Below are positions 54,861-64,000 of a DNA stretch of 64,000 bases, one piece after another. Each line of letters starts with the position of its first letter. Position 1 is the first letter of the stretch. Source of the DNA: an uncultured Ignavibacteriales bacterium (GTDB lineage Bacteria; Zixibacteria; MSB-5A5; GN15; JAAZOE01); assembly GCA_964523575.1 (NCBI GenBank), contig CAZGAV010000012.1, positions 385 through 64,384 of the forward strand. Direction: 5' to 3'. The position numbers were made by a program, and so were the translations under genes. The notes under the pieces are model-generated. The model was given only the letters and a program-made list of their open reading frames with translations, had not been told where the DNA came from and searched no databases.

Positions 54861-56198
54861 ATGAAGGACGGTATGAAGGAACTGAAGTATATCGATAAGA
54901 TCAGAAGCGGCGATTCCTTGCTTTCGATGCCGCAGAGTCTTTCCAAAATTATCTCGATGATCAATAACGATGATTTTTCGATGGACGATCTCAGCGGGAT
55001 AATCATGAAAGATCCGGGTTTGACCAGTAAAGTCCTGAAGATGGCCAATTCGGCTTTCTATCGTCAGCGGACCCAGATAGCCACCGTCAATCAGGCGGTT
55101 ATTATGCTGGGCGCCATGCAGGTCAAATGTCTGGCTTTATCGACTTCGATTTTTCAGACTGAAATTTTGGAACGTAAGCTGAATATCGATTTCAAGGAAA
55201 TGTTCAGCCATTTCATATCGGTCGCGCTGGGGAGCCGGATGCTGGCCGAGGCGGGGGAATTCAAGGACGCCGAGGAGGCCTTTATCGCCGGCCTGTTGCA
55301 TGATATCGGACTGGTATTTTTCCTCAATCACTATCCCGACGATTATCGCGTAGTCATAGAGAAAATCGGCAATTATCCCAACCTGATTGAAGCCGAAAAT
55401 GATATCCTCGGCATCGATCACCCCGCCATCGGGCAGATGCTGGCCCAGAAATGGAATTTCCCGAAAAGCCTATGCGACGCCATCGGTGAACACCACCTGC
55501 TTCCCCCCGAGACGGAAAAACTGGAGGTGCGGCATTTCGTCCAGTTATCCCGACTCATCAACAAACCGATCATCGATAATCGGCCTCGCAATCTGGAGCA
55601 TCGCCTGTCGGCCATCGAACAGATGAGCCGATTGGTAAAAGTTGATCGCAAAAAAGTGGATGAAATATCTTTCTCTCTACTAGCCGAAACCATCGCCACC
55701 GCCGAATATCTGGGGATTGATATCGGGGATACCTCCGAGGTCATTACCCGGGCCAACAAGGAACTGTTCAATTCCTATCTGACGATCGAGAAATTATTCC
55801 GCGAACGCCAGGATTTGTCAAAGCGGATAATTGCCGAAGAGCGGCGGGCCGCCATGATGGAAACCAAGAATGTCGCCATCGCCACGCTTTCGCACTATAT
55901 CAACAACGCTACTATGGCCATATCGGGCCGGGGCCAATTGCTCAAGATGCTGACCAATAAGGGCGCCATCATCGACAAAGACCAGAAGCTGATCCCGATT
56001 GCCGACGTTATCGAGAAATCGGTGCGCAAGATTATGGCCGTCCTGCAGGAATTGCGCGAATTGACAAATCTCGAAGATATGGAAAAATATTCGGATTCCA
56101 AAGCCATCAACATCGATGACCGCATCAAAGATCGCCTCCGCAAAATGGAAGAATCAGGCATCGATATCGTGACCGAACCGGTCATCCAGAATCATTAG
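54861..56198 (+). CDS. HDOD domain protein with C-terminal HisKA-like helix
   Basis: DPGLTSKVLKMANSAFY, AFIAGLLHDIG, W.FP....AI..HH, and terminal ATLSHYINNATMAISG. Confidence 0.85.
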   Translation: MKDGMKELKYIDKIRSGDSLLSMPQSLSKIISMINNDDFSMDDLSGIIMKDPGLTSKVLKMANSAFYRQRTQIATVNQAVIMLGAMQVKCLALSTSIFQTEILERKLNIDFKEMFSHFISVALGSRMLAEAGEFKDAEEAFIAGLLHDIGLVFFLNHYPDDYRVVIEKIGNYPNLIEAENDILGIDHPAIGQMLAQKWNFPKSLCDAIGEHHLLPPETEKLEVRHFVQLSRLINKPIIDNRPRNLEHRLSAIEQMSRLVKVDRKKVDEISFSLLAETIATAEYLGIDIGDTSEVITRANKELFNSYLTIEKLFRERQDLSKRIIAEERRAAMMETKNVAIATLSHYINNATMAISGRGQLLKMLTNKGAIIDKDQKLIPIADVIEKSVRKIMAVLQELRELTNLEDMEKYSDSKAINIDDRIKDRLRKMEESGIDIVTEPVIQNH

Positions 56199-56257
56199 AT
56201 AAATATTGCTCCGCCTTCCGTTCCGTGCTATCTTGAAGTCTAAACCAGGGAGGCGAC

Positions 56258-57454
56258 ATGTTGCGTTTTCTCACCGCCGGTGAATCTCACGGGCGGGGTA
56301 TCATCGGACTCATCGAATCATTTCCGGCCGGTTTTCGAATTTCGGCCGAGGCTGTCAACCGACAACTGACCCGGCGCCAGCAGGGATATGGCCGCGGCGG
56401 ACGGATGAAGATCGAGAATGACCGAGCCATCATTCTCTCGGGGTTGCGCCACGGCACATCCACGGGGGCTCCGGTCACCTGCCTGATTGAAAATAAAGAC
56501 TGGCCCAACTGGCGAAAAATAATGAACCCCGAGAAGCCGATCGCGTCTCGTTTGAGTCCCCGCGAACAACATCTGGCCTATGACGTCACCGCCCCGCGTC
56601 CCGGTCACGCCGATCTCGCCGGAGCTATAAAATATAATACCCATGATCTGCGCCGGGTGCTGGAACGAACCTCGGCTCGGGAAACAGCGGCCCGAGTTGC
56701 CTGCGGCGCGGTCGCCCGGCAACTGCTTGAGGCATACGATATCGAAATCGCCTCCCATGTACTGTCGATCGGATCGGTGCGGATGCCCAAAAGAAAGATC
56801 GGGTTCGACGATATTATGCGGCTGGCCGATGATTCTCCCGTGCGGTGTATTGATCCGGTCGTTTCGAAGAAAATGAAAACAGCCATCAAAGAGGCCATCA
56901 AGGACAGAGATACACTTGGCGGTGTCTTTGAAGTGAGGGTCAACAACCTGCCAGTCGGTTTGGGCTCGGGGGCTCAATGGTTTACCCGCCTCGACGGCGC
57001 TCTGGCGGCGGCGATGATGTCGATCCAATCGGCCAAAGGGATTGAGATCGGCGATGGTTTCGAGGGAGCCCGCAAGCGAGGTTCGAAAGTCCATGATGAA
57101 ATCTATTATCGAAAGCAATCGCCGCCCGACCGGCAAAAAAATTTCTACCGCCGCACCAATCGCGCCGGAGGTGTCGAAGGCGGTCTGACCAACGGTTCGG
57201 AACTGGTCATCCGTGTCGCCTGCAAACCGATTTCAACGCTGGGACAGCCTCTCGAAACCGTTGATATCAAGACCCGCCGGAAGGTCTCGGCCATGGCGGA
57301 ACGATCCGATACCTGTGTCGTTCCGGCGGCGGCGGTGGTCGGCGAAGCGATGGCGGCCATGGTGCTGGCTACGGCTTTCACGGATAAATTTGGCCACGAT
57401 TCCAAATCTGATATCGACGCCAATTTTGATGCCTGGCTCAAACGGGAATTCTAG
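56258..57454 (+). CDS. aroC: Chorismate synthase
   Basis: TAGESHG, RRQQGYGRGGRM, PRPGHADL, ERTSARETA, TNRAGGVEGG, ERSD.C.VPAA. Confidence 0.96.
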   Translation: MLRFLTAGESHGRGIIGLIESFPAGFRISAEAVNRQLTRRQQGYGRGGRMKIENDRAIILSGLRHGTSTGAPVTCLIENKDWPNWRKIMNPEKPIASRLSPREQHLAYDVTAPRPGHADLAGAIKYNTHDLRRVLERTSARETAARVACGAVARQLLEAYDIEIASHVLSIGSVRMPKRKIGFDDIMRLADDSPVRCIDPVVSKKMKTAIKEAIKDRDTLGGVFEVRVNNLPVGLGSGAQWFTRLDGALAAAMMSIQSAKGIEIGDGFEGARKRGSKVHDEIYYRKQSPPDRQKNFYRRTNRAGGVEGGLTNGSELVIRVACKPISTLGQPLETVDIKTRRKVSAMAERSDTCVVPAAAVVGEAMAAMVLATAFTDKFGHDSKSDIDANFDAWLKREF

Positions 57455-57598
57455 ATCTAATATATTGGTCAGGAAATTTCCAGCTTCAAATAGGCGAAAG
57501 CCGATTTTTGGGGATACCAACAACTCCGTCATTATGATTGACGACGGTCGCAAAATTCATATAATGTTGTAACACAATCTCTTTTCCGGGAGTGATCA

Positions 57599-59086
57599 AT
57601 GAAGATTTTATGTTCGATTGCGAGCTTTTTCGACATACCCGGCGACGCCTTAGTACTGTTCTGCGCTCAGGGTGAACGGCCGGCCGGGGACATCGTTGAG
57701 AAACTCGATATTCTCACCGATGGAGCCATAACGGAAATGTATGAATCGGGTGAGTTCGACGGCGCGGCTGAAAAGGAAATCCTTCTCCGACGCGTGCCTG
57801 AAACCGCCGCCGGAAAAATCATTTTATCCGGAATTGGCAAGGCTAGTAAAACCGACTATGACAGCTATCGCCGGGCCGCCGGTCGAATTGGCAAGCTGGC
57901 TCAAATGCATAAGATCAAATCGATCACGTTTTTCCATGACGGCCCTGAAACCAATCCCACCGCCTCGGCCATCGTGGAGGGTTTCGTTCTGGGGAGTTAT
58001 CGTTTTCTGAGATATGTAACCGATCCGGAACGCGCCGAGGGTGAGGTAGATTCGTTAACGGTCGCGGTTCCGACTCGAAGTAAGCAAAAACAGGCTGAAT
58101 CCGGGGTCGCCCGGGGCGAAATCATCAGTGACGCCGTAACTCAGTGCCGTGATCTGATGGTGACGCCGGGCAATGATCTCTATCCCGAAAGCTTCGCCAA
58201 ACACGCTCAAAAACTGGCCAAAAGCTATGGTTTTGACTGCAAGGTGCTGGGACCTTCGGAAATTAAAAAAGAAAAAATGGGAGCCCTTTACGCCGTCGCC
58301 CGGGGGTCGGATAATACTCCCCGCTTCGTTATCCTGCAATACAAAGGCAAACCGGGCGGACGGCCGGTGGTCCTGGTGGGCAAGGGTATCACTTTCGATT
58401 CCGGCGGCATTTCCCTCAAACCCGGTCTCAAAATGGATGAAATGAAGGGCGATATGACCGGCGCAGCGGTGGTTCTTATGACGCTGGTGACAGCCGCCAG
58501 ATTGAAGGCCGGGATTAATCTGGTAGGACTGATGCCTCTGGCCGAGAATATGCCATCCGGCGGGGCGACCCGTCCGGGAGACATTGTGACCTCGCGTAAG
58601 GGCCATACCATTGAGATTATCAATACTGATGCCGAGGGGCGCCTGATTCTGGCCGATGCCCTCGATTATGCCAATACCTTCGAACCCCAGGCGGTGATTG
58701 ACATCGCCACCCTGACCGGAGCCTCGCTGTATATCCTCGGTTATGCTGGAGCGCCTTTCGTCGGCACCAACACCAATCTCAATGACAATATCCGGGCGGC
58801 GGCGGCCCGGACCGGCGAAAAAGTGTGGGAATTGCCTCTCTGGGATGAATTCTCGGACCTGATGAAATCGCCCGTAGCCGATATCAAAAATTCCGGCGGC
58901 AAACCGGCCGGGACCCTGTCGGCCTCTTCGTTTCTGAAGAAATTTACCGGTGACTGGCCTTGGGCCCATATTGATATTGCCTATTGTGACCTGGAACCCA
59001 GCGGCAAGCCCTATATCCCCAAAGGGCCGACCGGTTTCGGCGTCCGCCTTCTGGTGGATTTGATTACTCAGTGGAAAAAGATATAA
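57599..59086 (+). CDS. pepA: Leucyl aminopeptidase (M17)
   Basis: VGKGITFDSGG.SLK, MKGDM.GAA, NTDAEGRL.LAD, D.ATLTG, WAHIDIA. Confidence 0.95.
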   Translation: MKILCSIASFFDIPGDALVLFCAQGERPAGDIVEKLDILTDGAITEMYESGEFDGAAEKEILLRRVPETAAGKIILSGIGKASKTDYDSYRRAAGRIGKLAQMHKIKSITFFHDGPETNPTASAIVEGFVLGSYRFLRYVTDPERAEGEVDSLTVAVPTRSKQKQAESGVARGEIISDAVTQCRDLMVTPGNDLYPESFAKHAQKLAKSYGFDCKVLGPSEIKKEKMGALYAVARGSDNTPRFVILQYKGKPGGRPVVLVGKGITFDSGGISLKPGLKMDEMKGDMTGAAVVLMTLVTAARLKAGINLVGLMPLAENMPSGGATRPGDIVTSRKGHTIEIINTDAEGRLILADALDYANTFEPQAVIDIATLTGASLYILGYAGAPFVGTNTNLNDNIRAAAARTGEKVWELPLWDEFSDLMKSPVADIKNSGGKPAGTLSASSFLKKFTGDWPWAHIDIAYCDLEPSGKPYIPKGPTGFGVRLLVDLITQWKKI

Positions 59087-59107
59087 GACCGCTCGAAATA
59101 GATAAAG

Positions 59108-59135
59108 AAAAGCCCGCTTTTTAAGCGGGCTTTTT
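59108..59135. terminator. Bidirectional terminator
   Basis: aaaagcccgctt-ttt-aagcgggcttttt between convergent genes. Confidence 0.85.
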
Positions 59136-59154
59136 AATTTCTATACATCGCTAC

Positions 59155-60201
59155 TCATTTCGACCAGGCGGGATTGCTGTGTTTACCCGGCCCGGAAATA
59201 GGCGTGAGATTCTCACCGTTGATATCGATGACGTAGATATTCCCGTCCATAGTGGCGAAGGTGAACCATTTGGAATCGGGCGACCAGCTGACCGGATCGG
59301 GGAAGACCTGCTGGGTAAGAGTTGGGGCAAAGACGAGTCGTTTCTGGCTCAGGTCAGCGCTGACGATATAGATACCGGCATTGCGCATATCATTATTGAC
59401 ATAAGCCAGCCATTTGCCGTCCGGCGACCAGGAAGGGGCGCTGGCGTCCTCAAGTCCCTTGGTCGGCTGGCGCAACTCAGCCTCCGGCATCATGATATTC
59501 GCCATGTCCATGATTTTCACGCCATGGTTGGTCATGGTGTACTTGTCCGGATCGGCGCTGTAGGTAATGACGAAAGCCACCTTTTTGCCATCCCGGGTGA
59601 AGGAGGGCATTAGCATCGAGGTTTTCATCGTCTGCCAGTCCTTCCTCAGGTAATCGGCATGGCCGTCGTTGATACTGACCCTGGCCAGTTGCTGAGAAGG
59701 AGCGATATAGTCAACCTGGTTGGCGTAAATATCGTTCTGGTAATAAATCATGGTATCGTTCTTGGACCATTCCGGATAGTAACCGCCGAGACCGAAAGTG
59801 ACCCGCCGCCACCAGTTGGTATTGGTCGCCGCCGAATCGACGAAGGCCAGAAAAATATCATGGAGCAAATGCATACCGCCTTCATCCGAGGGCAGTTTAT
59901 TGGCGTCTTTGCCTTCGCGGGAAAAGGAGATGATCTTATTATCGGGTGAGAAGGAAACTCGGCCCCGGGCATTGGTAATATCACAGACTTTCCGACGGTT
60001 TTTTCCGTCGGTATCCATAATCGAAATGCCGCCTTCGTCGATGAAGGCGATTCGCCCGCCCGGCCGCGCTCCAACTTGAATCTGGCCGGGGTTCTTATTT
60101 ACGTCTGGAACCTGGGTTCCCTGATCGGCCCGGGCCGGCGATGAGATAAAAAGCAACGCACCCAAAACGGCGATCGGCAAAATCAATAATCGAAGTTTCA
60201 T
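59155..60201 (-). CDS. Secreted TolB-like (PD40) beta-propeller protein
   Basis: Signal peptide and repeated FSPDNK.I.F, PSFTRDGKKVAF, PSWSPDGKWLAY, WSPDSKW and NPAWS units. Confidence 0.8.
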   Translation of the reverse strand: MKLRLLILPIAVLGALLFISSPARADQGTQVPDVNKNPGQIQVGARPGGRIAFIDEGGISIMDTDGKNRRKVCDITNARGRVSFSPDNKIISFSREGKDANKLPSDEGGMHLLHDIFLAFVDSAATNTNWWRRVTFGLGGYYPEWSKNDTMIYYQNDIYANQVDYIAPSQQLARVSINDGHADYLRKDWQTMKTSMLMPSFTRDGKKVAFVITYSADPDKYTMTNHGVKIMDMANIMMPEAELRQPTKGLEDASAPSWSPDGKWLAYVNNDMRNAGIYIVSADLSQKRLVFAPTLTQQVFPDPVSWSPDSKWFTFATMDGNIYVIDINGENLTPISGPGKHSNPAWSK

Positions 60202-60280
60202 AGGCTGCGGTAACCGTCCTTCCTGTCTAAGAGTCTATAAGCATCTGCAATATACTGCCGACACCGCGCCCGATCAAGTC

Positions 60281-61153
60281 TTACCAGCTGAAATATCGCT
60301 TCAAGCCGATCTGGAAGCGCGGACCCGACATATCGAGTTCGACCTTGGCCCCGCTGTTGTTGACGGTGGCCACGACCTCCTGATTACTTGAATTATACCA
60401 CTTTATGTTGGTAAAGTTCAAATAGAGGTAACGGGCTTCGCCTTCGATTACCAGACCGGCCAGACTGACAGGGATCTCCGCCGCGAGATTGGCCGTGAAA
60501 CCGGGCGCCGAACCGCTCAAGTTGCCGCCGATAGTCTCCGGCGTACTGGTGCTTAAGTTGTATCCGGCAAAACCTTCCCAGAGTTCCCAGTTAGCAAAAT
60601 AATAACCGGCGCCGCCGCCGACTTTGAGGGCGATTTGACTGAGGACACCATCTTTATCGGGTGGCGACGTCAGATAATAATCGACGCTCCCGGAAAAACC
60701 GTAAATTTGCACCTGAGAATTAAGCTCGAAGCTGTAATGATCCAGGGGGTCGTCGAGGTTGACCAGCGACAGGTTGAAATCACCGGTCTGGCTCGATCCC
60801 TGTTTCAACCAATAGCTCATGCCGAATTCCACCGATGTTTTGGGGGTGGCCATCATGCCGAAACCGCCGAACAGCTCATAGGAATAGTTAAGCTTTTTGA
60901 TTTCGCCGGTGCCGGTGGTGCTCAGGCTGGAAACCAGCGGCGATACCCGGACCGACATTTTGTTGTAATCGTTGTCTTGGAGCAGCCGGCCCATAGAGCC
61001 GTTAAAAACCAGATAGCCAACTTTTTTGTTGTGCTTTTTCTCGACCTTTTTCAAAAACTTGGCGACCAGCTCATCTTCGGTTTGAGCGAAAGCCGGGGTG
61101 ATGAGAAGTATTGATATACCCACCACCAGGATAAAAGTAAGAATGGAGCGCAT
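60281..61153 (-). CDS. Hypothetical outer-membrane beta-barrel protein
   Basis: aggagg SD, signal peptide, alternating beta-strand pattern, and C-terminal FQIGLKRYFSW. Confidence 0.65.
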   Translation of the reverse strand: MRSILTFILVVGISILLITPAFAQTEDELVAKFLKKVEKKHNKKVGYLVFNGSMGRLLQDNDYNKMSVRVSPLVSSLSTTGTGEIKKLNYSYELFGGFGMMATPKTSVEFGMSYWLKQGSSQTGDFNLSLVNLDDPLDHYSFELNSQVQIYGFSGSVDYYLTSPPDKDGVLSQIALKVGGGAGYYFANWELWEGFAGYNLSTSTPETIGGNLSGSAPGFTANLAAEIPVSLAGLVIEGEARYLYLNFTNIKWYNSSNQEVVATVNNSGAKVELDMSGPRFQIGLKRYFSW

Positions 61154-61414
61154 AGGTCCTCCTAAAAAATATTGGGCTTTTAGACTTGTATCGGATGGCC
61201 TAAGCTCAAGCTTAAGTGAGACTTGAAAATAAATCTACCCGAAGGCAAATATGTTCAATTGGGATTAATCGGCGCCCTGTGGTCAGGCAATCAGCACTAA
61301 TCGTAATCCATTGAATGACAACAAAATAATCGGTCTATCGAAAGTTATAATATAACGAAAGGCCGCCGGGGAATTTCCCGACGGCCTCGAAAATAATCAA
61401 CCGGATTCAGCCGG

Positions 61415-64000
61415 TTATTTCTTCTCGGCGTCTTTGCCATCCAGACTGAAGCCGAGTTTGGCCAATTGCTCGTAAACGTGGAAACGGAGGCTGGCGTCCT
61501 GCTGGGCCAATTTCCCCAACATTTCGGCCCGCTCGGGATCGATGCTCCGGAGCGAACGCCACCGGTTTTCCTTCATGGAGTAATCGGCGTAGGGGATCGA
61601 AGGCGGCTTGGAATCCAGTGAAAGAGGATTCTTACCTTCTTCGATCAGGGCCGGATTGAACCGGATCAACGGCCAGTGTCCGCATTTGACAGCCCGGTCC
61701 TGAGCGTCCAGACCGAAGGCCATATCGATTCCGTGAGCGATACAATGGCTATAGGCGATAATCAGTGACGGGCCGTTATAGGCTTCGGCCTCCATGAAGG
61801 CTTTGACCGTCTGATTCTGGCTGGCTCCGACCGCTATCCGGGCGACATAGACATTGCCGTAGGCCATAGCCATCATGGCCAGGTCTTTTTTGGGCAATGG
61901 CTTGCCGGCCGCGGCGAATTTGGCCGTGGCGCCCCGCGGCGTCGATTTTGACATTTGACCGCCGGTGTTGGAATAGACCTCGGTATCGAGAACCAGGAGA
62001 TTGACATTCTTACCGGAGGCCAGGACATGGTCAAGACCGCCGTAACCGATATCATAGGCCCAGCCATCGCCGCCAACACCCCAGACTGATTTTTTGACCA
62101 GATAATCGGCGATGTCCAGAAGGCGTTTGGCGTTCGGCTCCTTGTTGCCGGCCAGCTTGGCTTTAAGTTTCTCCACTCGGGCTCGCTGTCTCTCGATGCC
62201 GTCCTGAGTCGATTGATCGGCGTTAGCGATTTCATCATACATGTCGCCGGCCACTTTTTGAAGCAGTTCGAGAGCCGCCACCGTCAGCTTATCGACGGTC
62301 AGACGCATCCCGAAAGCGAACTCGGCGCAATCTTCAAAGAGCGAATTGGACCAGGCCGGACCTCGGCCGTCCGCCCGTTTGGCGTAAGGCGTCGTCGGCA
62401 GGTTACCGCCGTAGATGGAGGAGCATCCGGTGGCGTTGCCGATCAATGCCCGGTCGCCGAACAACTGGCTCAGAAGTTTGACATAGGGAGTCTCGCCGCA
62501 GCCGGCGCAGGCGCCGGAGAACTCAAACAGCGGCCGGACGAACTGACTGCCCTTGACCGTCCCGATATTGTACAACGAGGGATCGGTTTCCGGCAGGCCG
62601 AGGAAGAACTTGAAATTTTCAGCTTCGGTTTTGCGCAGAGGAGCCTGACGTTCCATGCTGAGGGCCTTGGCGCCCGATTTTTCTTTCTGGTTTTCCCAGG
62701 CGGGGCAGACCTGATAACAGATAGTGCATCCGGTGCAGTCCTCGGGAGCCACCTGTAAAGTATATTTCAAACCTTTGTATTTCGGTCCGGTGGCGTCAAC
62801 GGCCTTGAACGTCTCAGGCGCGCCGGCGAGGTGCTCGGGATCATAAGCTTTCTGAAGGATCGACGCGTGCGGACAAACCAGAACGCATTGGCCGCATTGA
62901 ATACAGATGTCCGGATTCCAGACCGGGATATCAACCGCAATATTCCGTTTCTCATACTGCGTCGTCGCCGACATGTAAGTGCCGTCAACAGGGAAGACAG
63001 AAACCGGCAGATCGTCGCCTTTGCCGGCGATAATCGGGCCGGTCACTTTCTTGACGAATTCCGGAGCGTCTTCGGGAACCGGCGGACGCATGGCGATTTT
63101 GCTGGTCACCTTCTGCGGATAATCGACTTTGGAAATAGCGTCGGTGGCGGCATCGACGGCGGCGTAGTTCATGTTGACGACTTTCTCACCCTTGCTGCCG
63201 TAAGTCTTTTTGATCGCCTTTTTGATTTCGCGGATGGAATCCTCAGGCGACAGGATATTGGAAATCATGAAAAAGGCCGTCTGCATGATCATGTTGATGC
63301 GGGCGCCCAGTCCCAGCTTTTCGGCCAGAGTGATGGCGTCGAGGACATAGAACTTCAGTTTCTTATCGATAATCTGTTTTTGCACCTCGGCGGGCATCAT
63401 GTCCCAGACTTCATCCTTGCCATAGGGGCTGTTCAGCAGGAAGGTGCCTCCGGGGATGATGTTGGACAACATGTCGTATTTTTCCAGGAAGCTGAAATTA
63501 TGACAGGCGATGAGGTTGGCCTTGGTGATCAGATAAGGACTGCGGATCGGCTTCTTGCTGAAACGCACGTGCGAAATGGTCACCGCTCCGGCTTTCTTGG
63601 AGTCATAAACGAAATATCCCTGGGCATAATTGTCGGTGTTTTCGCCGATAATTTTGATCGTGTTCTTGTTGGCGCCGACGGTGCCGTCCGAACCGAGGCC
63701 GTAGAACAGGGCCCGGTGAACGTCGTCGCCCTCGGTGTCGAAACTGCGGTCATAATCGAGGCTGGTATGGGTCACGTCATCGACGATGGAAACGGTGAAA
63801 TGGTTTTTGGGTTGATCCGACTTGAGGTTATCCAAAGCCGCCTTGACGTCGGCCGGAGTGAAGTCCTTCGAGCCCAGACCATAACGGCCGCCGACAACCG
63901 TCGGCATCTGATTCAGGGGAAGAGCGCCTTGCTGCTGGCTTTCACGCAGAGCGCTTTGGACATCGATGTAAAGCGGCTCGCCGGCTCCGCCGGCTTCCTT
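61415..64000 (-). CDS. nifJ: Pyruvate:ferredoxin (flavodoxin) oxidoreductase, 5'-truncated by the window edge
   Basis: GGRYGLGSK, GLGSDGTVGA, the CIQCGQC..VCP and DCTGC..C..VCP ferredoxin motifs, FEFSGACAGCGETPY and GGDGWAYDIG. The frame stays open to 64000. Confidence 0.96.
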   Translation of the reverse strand, partial: KEAGGAGEPLYIDVQSALRESQQQGALPLNQMPTVVGGRYGLGSKDFTPADVKAALDNLKSDQPKNHFTVSIVDDVTHTSLDYDRSFDTEGDDVHRALFYGLGSDGTVGANKNTIKIIGENTDNYAQGYFVYDSKKAGAVTISHVRFSKKPIRSPYLITKANLIACHNFSFLEKYDMLSNIIPGGTFLLNSPYGKDEVWDMMPAEVQKQIIDKKLKFYVLDAITLAEKLGLGARINMIMQTAFFMISNILSPEDSIREIKKAIKKTYGSKGEKVVNMNYAAVDAATDAISKVDYPQKVTSKIAMRPPVPEDAPEFVKKVTGPIIAGKGDDLPVSVFPVDGTYMSATTQYEKRNIAVDIPVWNPDICIQCGQCVLVCPHASILQKAYDPEHLAGAPETFKAVDATGPKYKGLKYTLQVAPEDCTGCTICYQVCPAWENQKEKSGAKALSMERQAPLRKTEAENFKFFLGLPETDPSLYNIGTVKGSQFVRPLFEFSGACAGCGETPYVKLLSQLFGDRALIGNATGCSSIYGGNLPTTPYAKRADGRGPAWSNSLFEDCAEFAFGMRLTVDKLTVAALELLQKVAGDMYDEIANADQSTQDGIERQRARVEKLKAKLAGNKEPNAKRLLDIADYLVKKSVWGVGGDGWAYDIGYGGLDHVLASGKNVNLLVLDTEVYSNTGGQMSKSTPRGATAKFAAAGKPLPKKDLAMMAMAYGNVYVARIAVGASQNQTVKAFMEAEAYNGPSLIIAYSHCIAHGIDMAFGLDAQDRAVKCGHWPLIRFNPALIEEGKNPLSLDSKPPSIPYADYSMKENRWRSLRSIDPERAEMLGKLAQQDASLRFHVYEQLAKLGFSLDGKDAEKK

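Noticed and set aside
1-64000. Mobile elements, prophage, CRISPR, rRNA or tRNA
   Set aside because: No integrase, transposase or phage genes, no repeat-spacer array and no structural RNA gene signatures were recognised.

Overview
About 64 kb of GC-rich bacterial chromosome from an anaerobic diderm. The dockerin-tagged secreted proteins, Bacteroidetes-style TonB N-termini and cohesin-like domains suggest candidate phylum Zixibacteria (FCB group); this is an inference. No mobile element, CRISPR array, rRNA or tRNA was found. In order, the window holds: a fermentative hbd-ackA-nfnA-nfnB cluster; hsp20 with a sigma54-type promoter and upstream palindrome; TauE, TPR and cyclophilin genes; dxr-rseP-lepB-lepB; an FG-GAP/TSP3/dockerin protein; a ccmABCDEF operon with CxxxY-type CcmE (CcmD is missing from the ORF track); a cobalamin riboswitch ahead of a BtuB-like receptor and a dockerin-tagged beta-propeller; a fused 2-oxoacid dehydrogenase E1; a 10-kb TonB/ExbBD motor cluster whose extra exbD and tonB copies are each preceded by a homologous structured leader and a small membrane protein; a palindrome matching the Fibrobacter-type LexA box ahead of a Zn-ribbon microprotein and a Hel308-like helicase with a winged-helix tail and an internal start; a Lon paralog with degenerate ATPase motifs; a cohesin, cohesin-BACON-dockerin and M1-peptidase-dockerin cluster; miaB; a pseudokinase-REC plus HDOD-HisKA pair; aroC; pepA; a TolB-like and outer-membrane barrel pair; and a 5'-truncated PFOR. 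The best candidates for undescribed systems are the non-cellulolytic cohesin-dockerin surface system, the leader/microprotein-controlled TonB paralog modules, and the putative SOS-controlled helicase locus.
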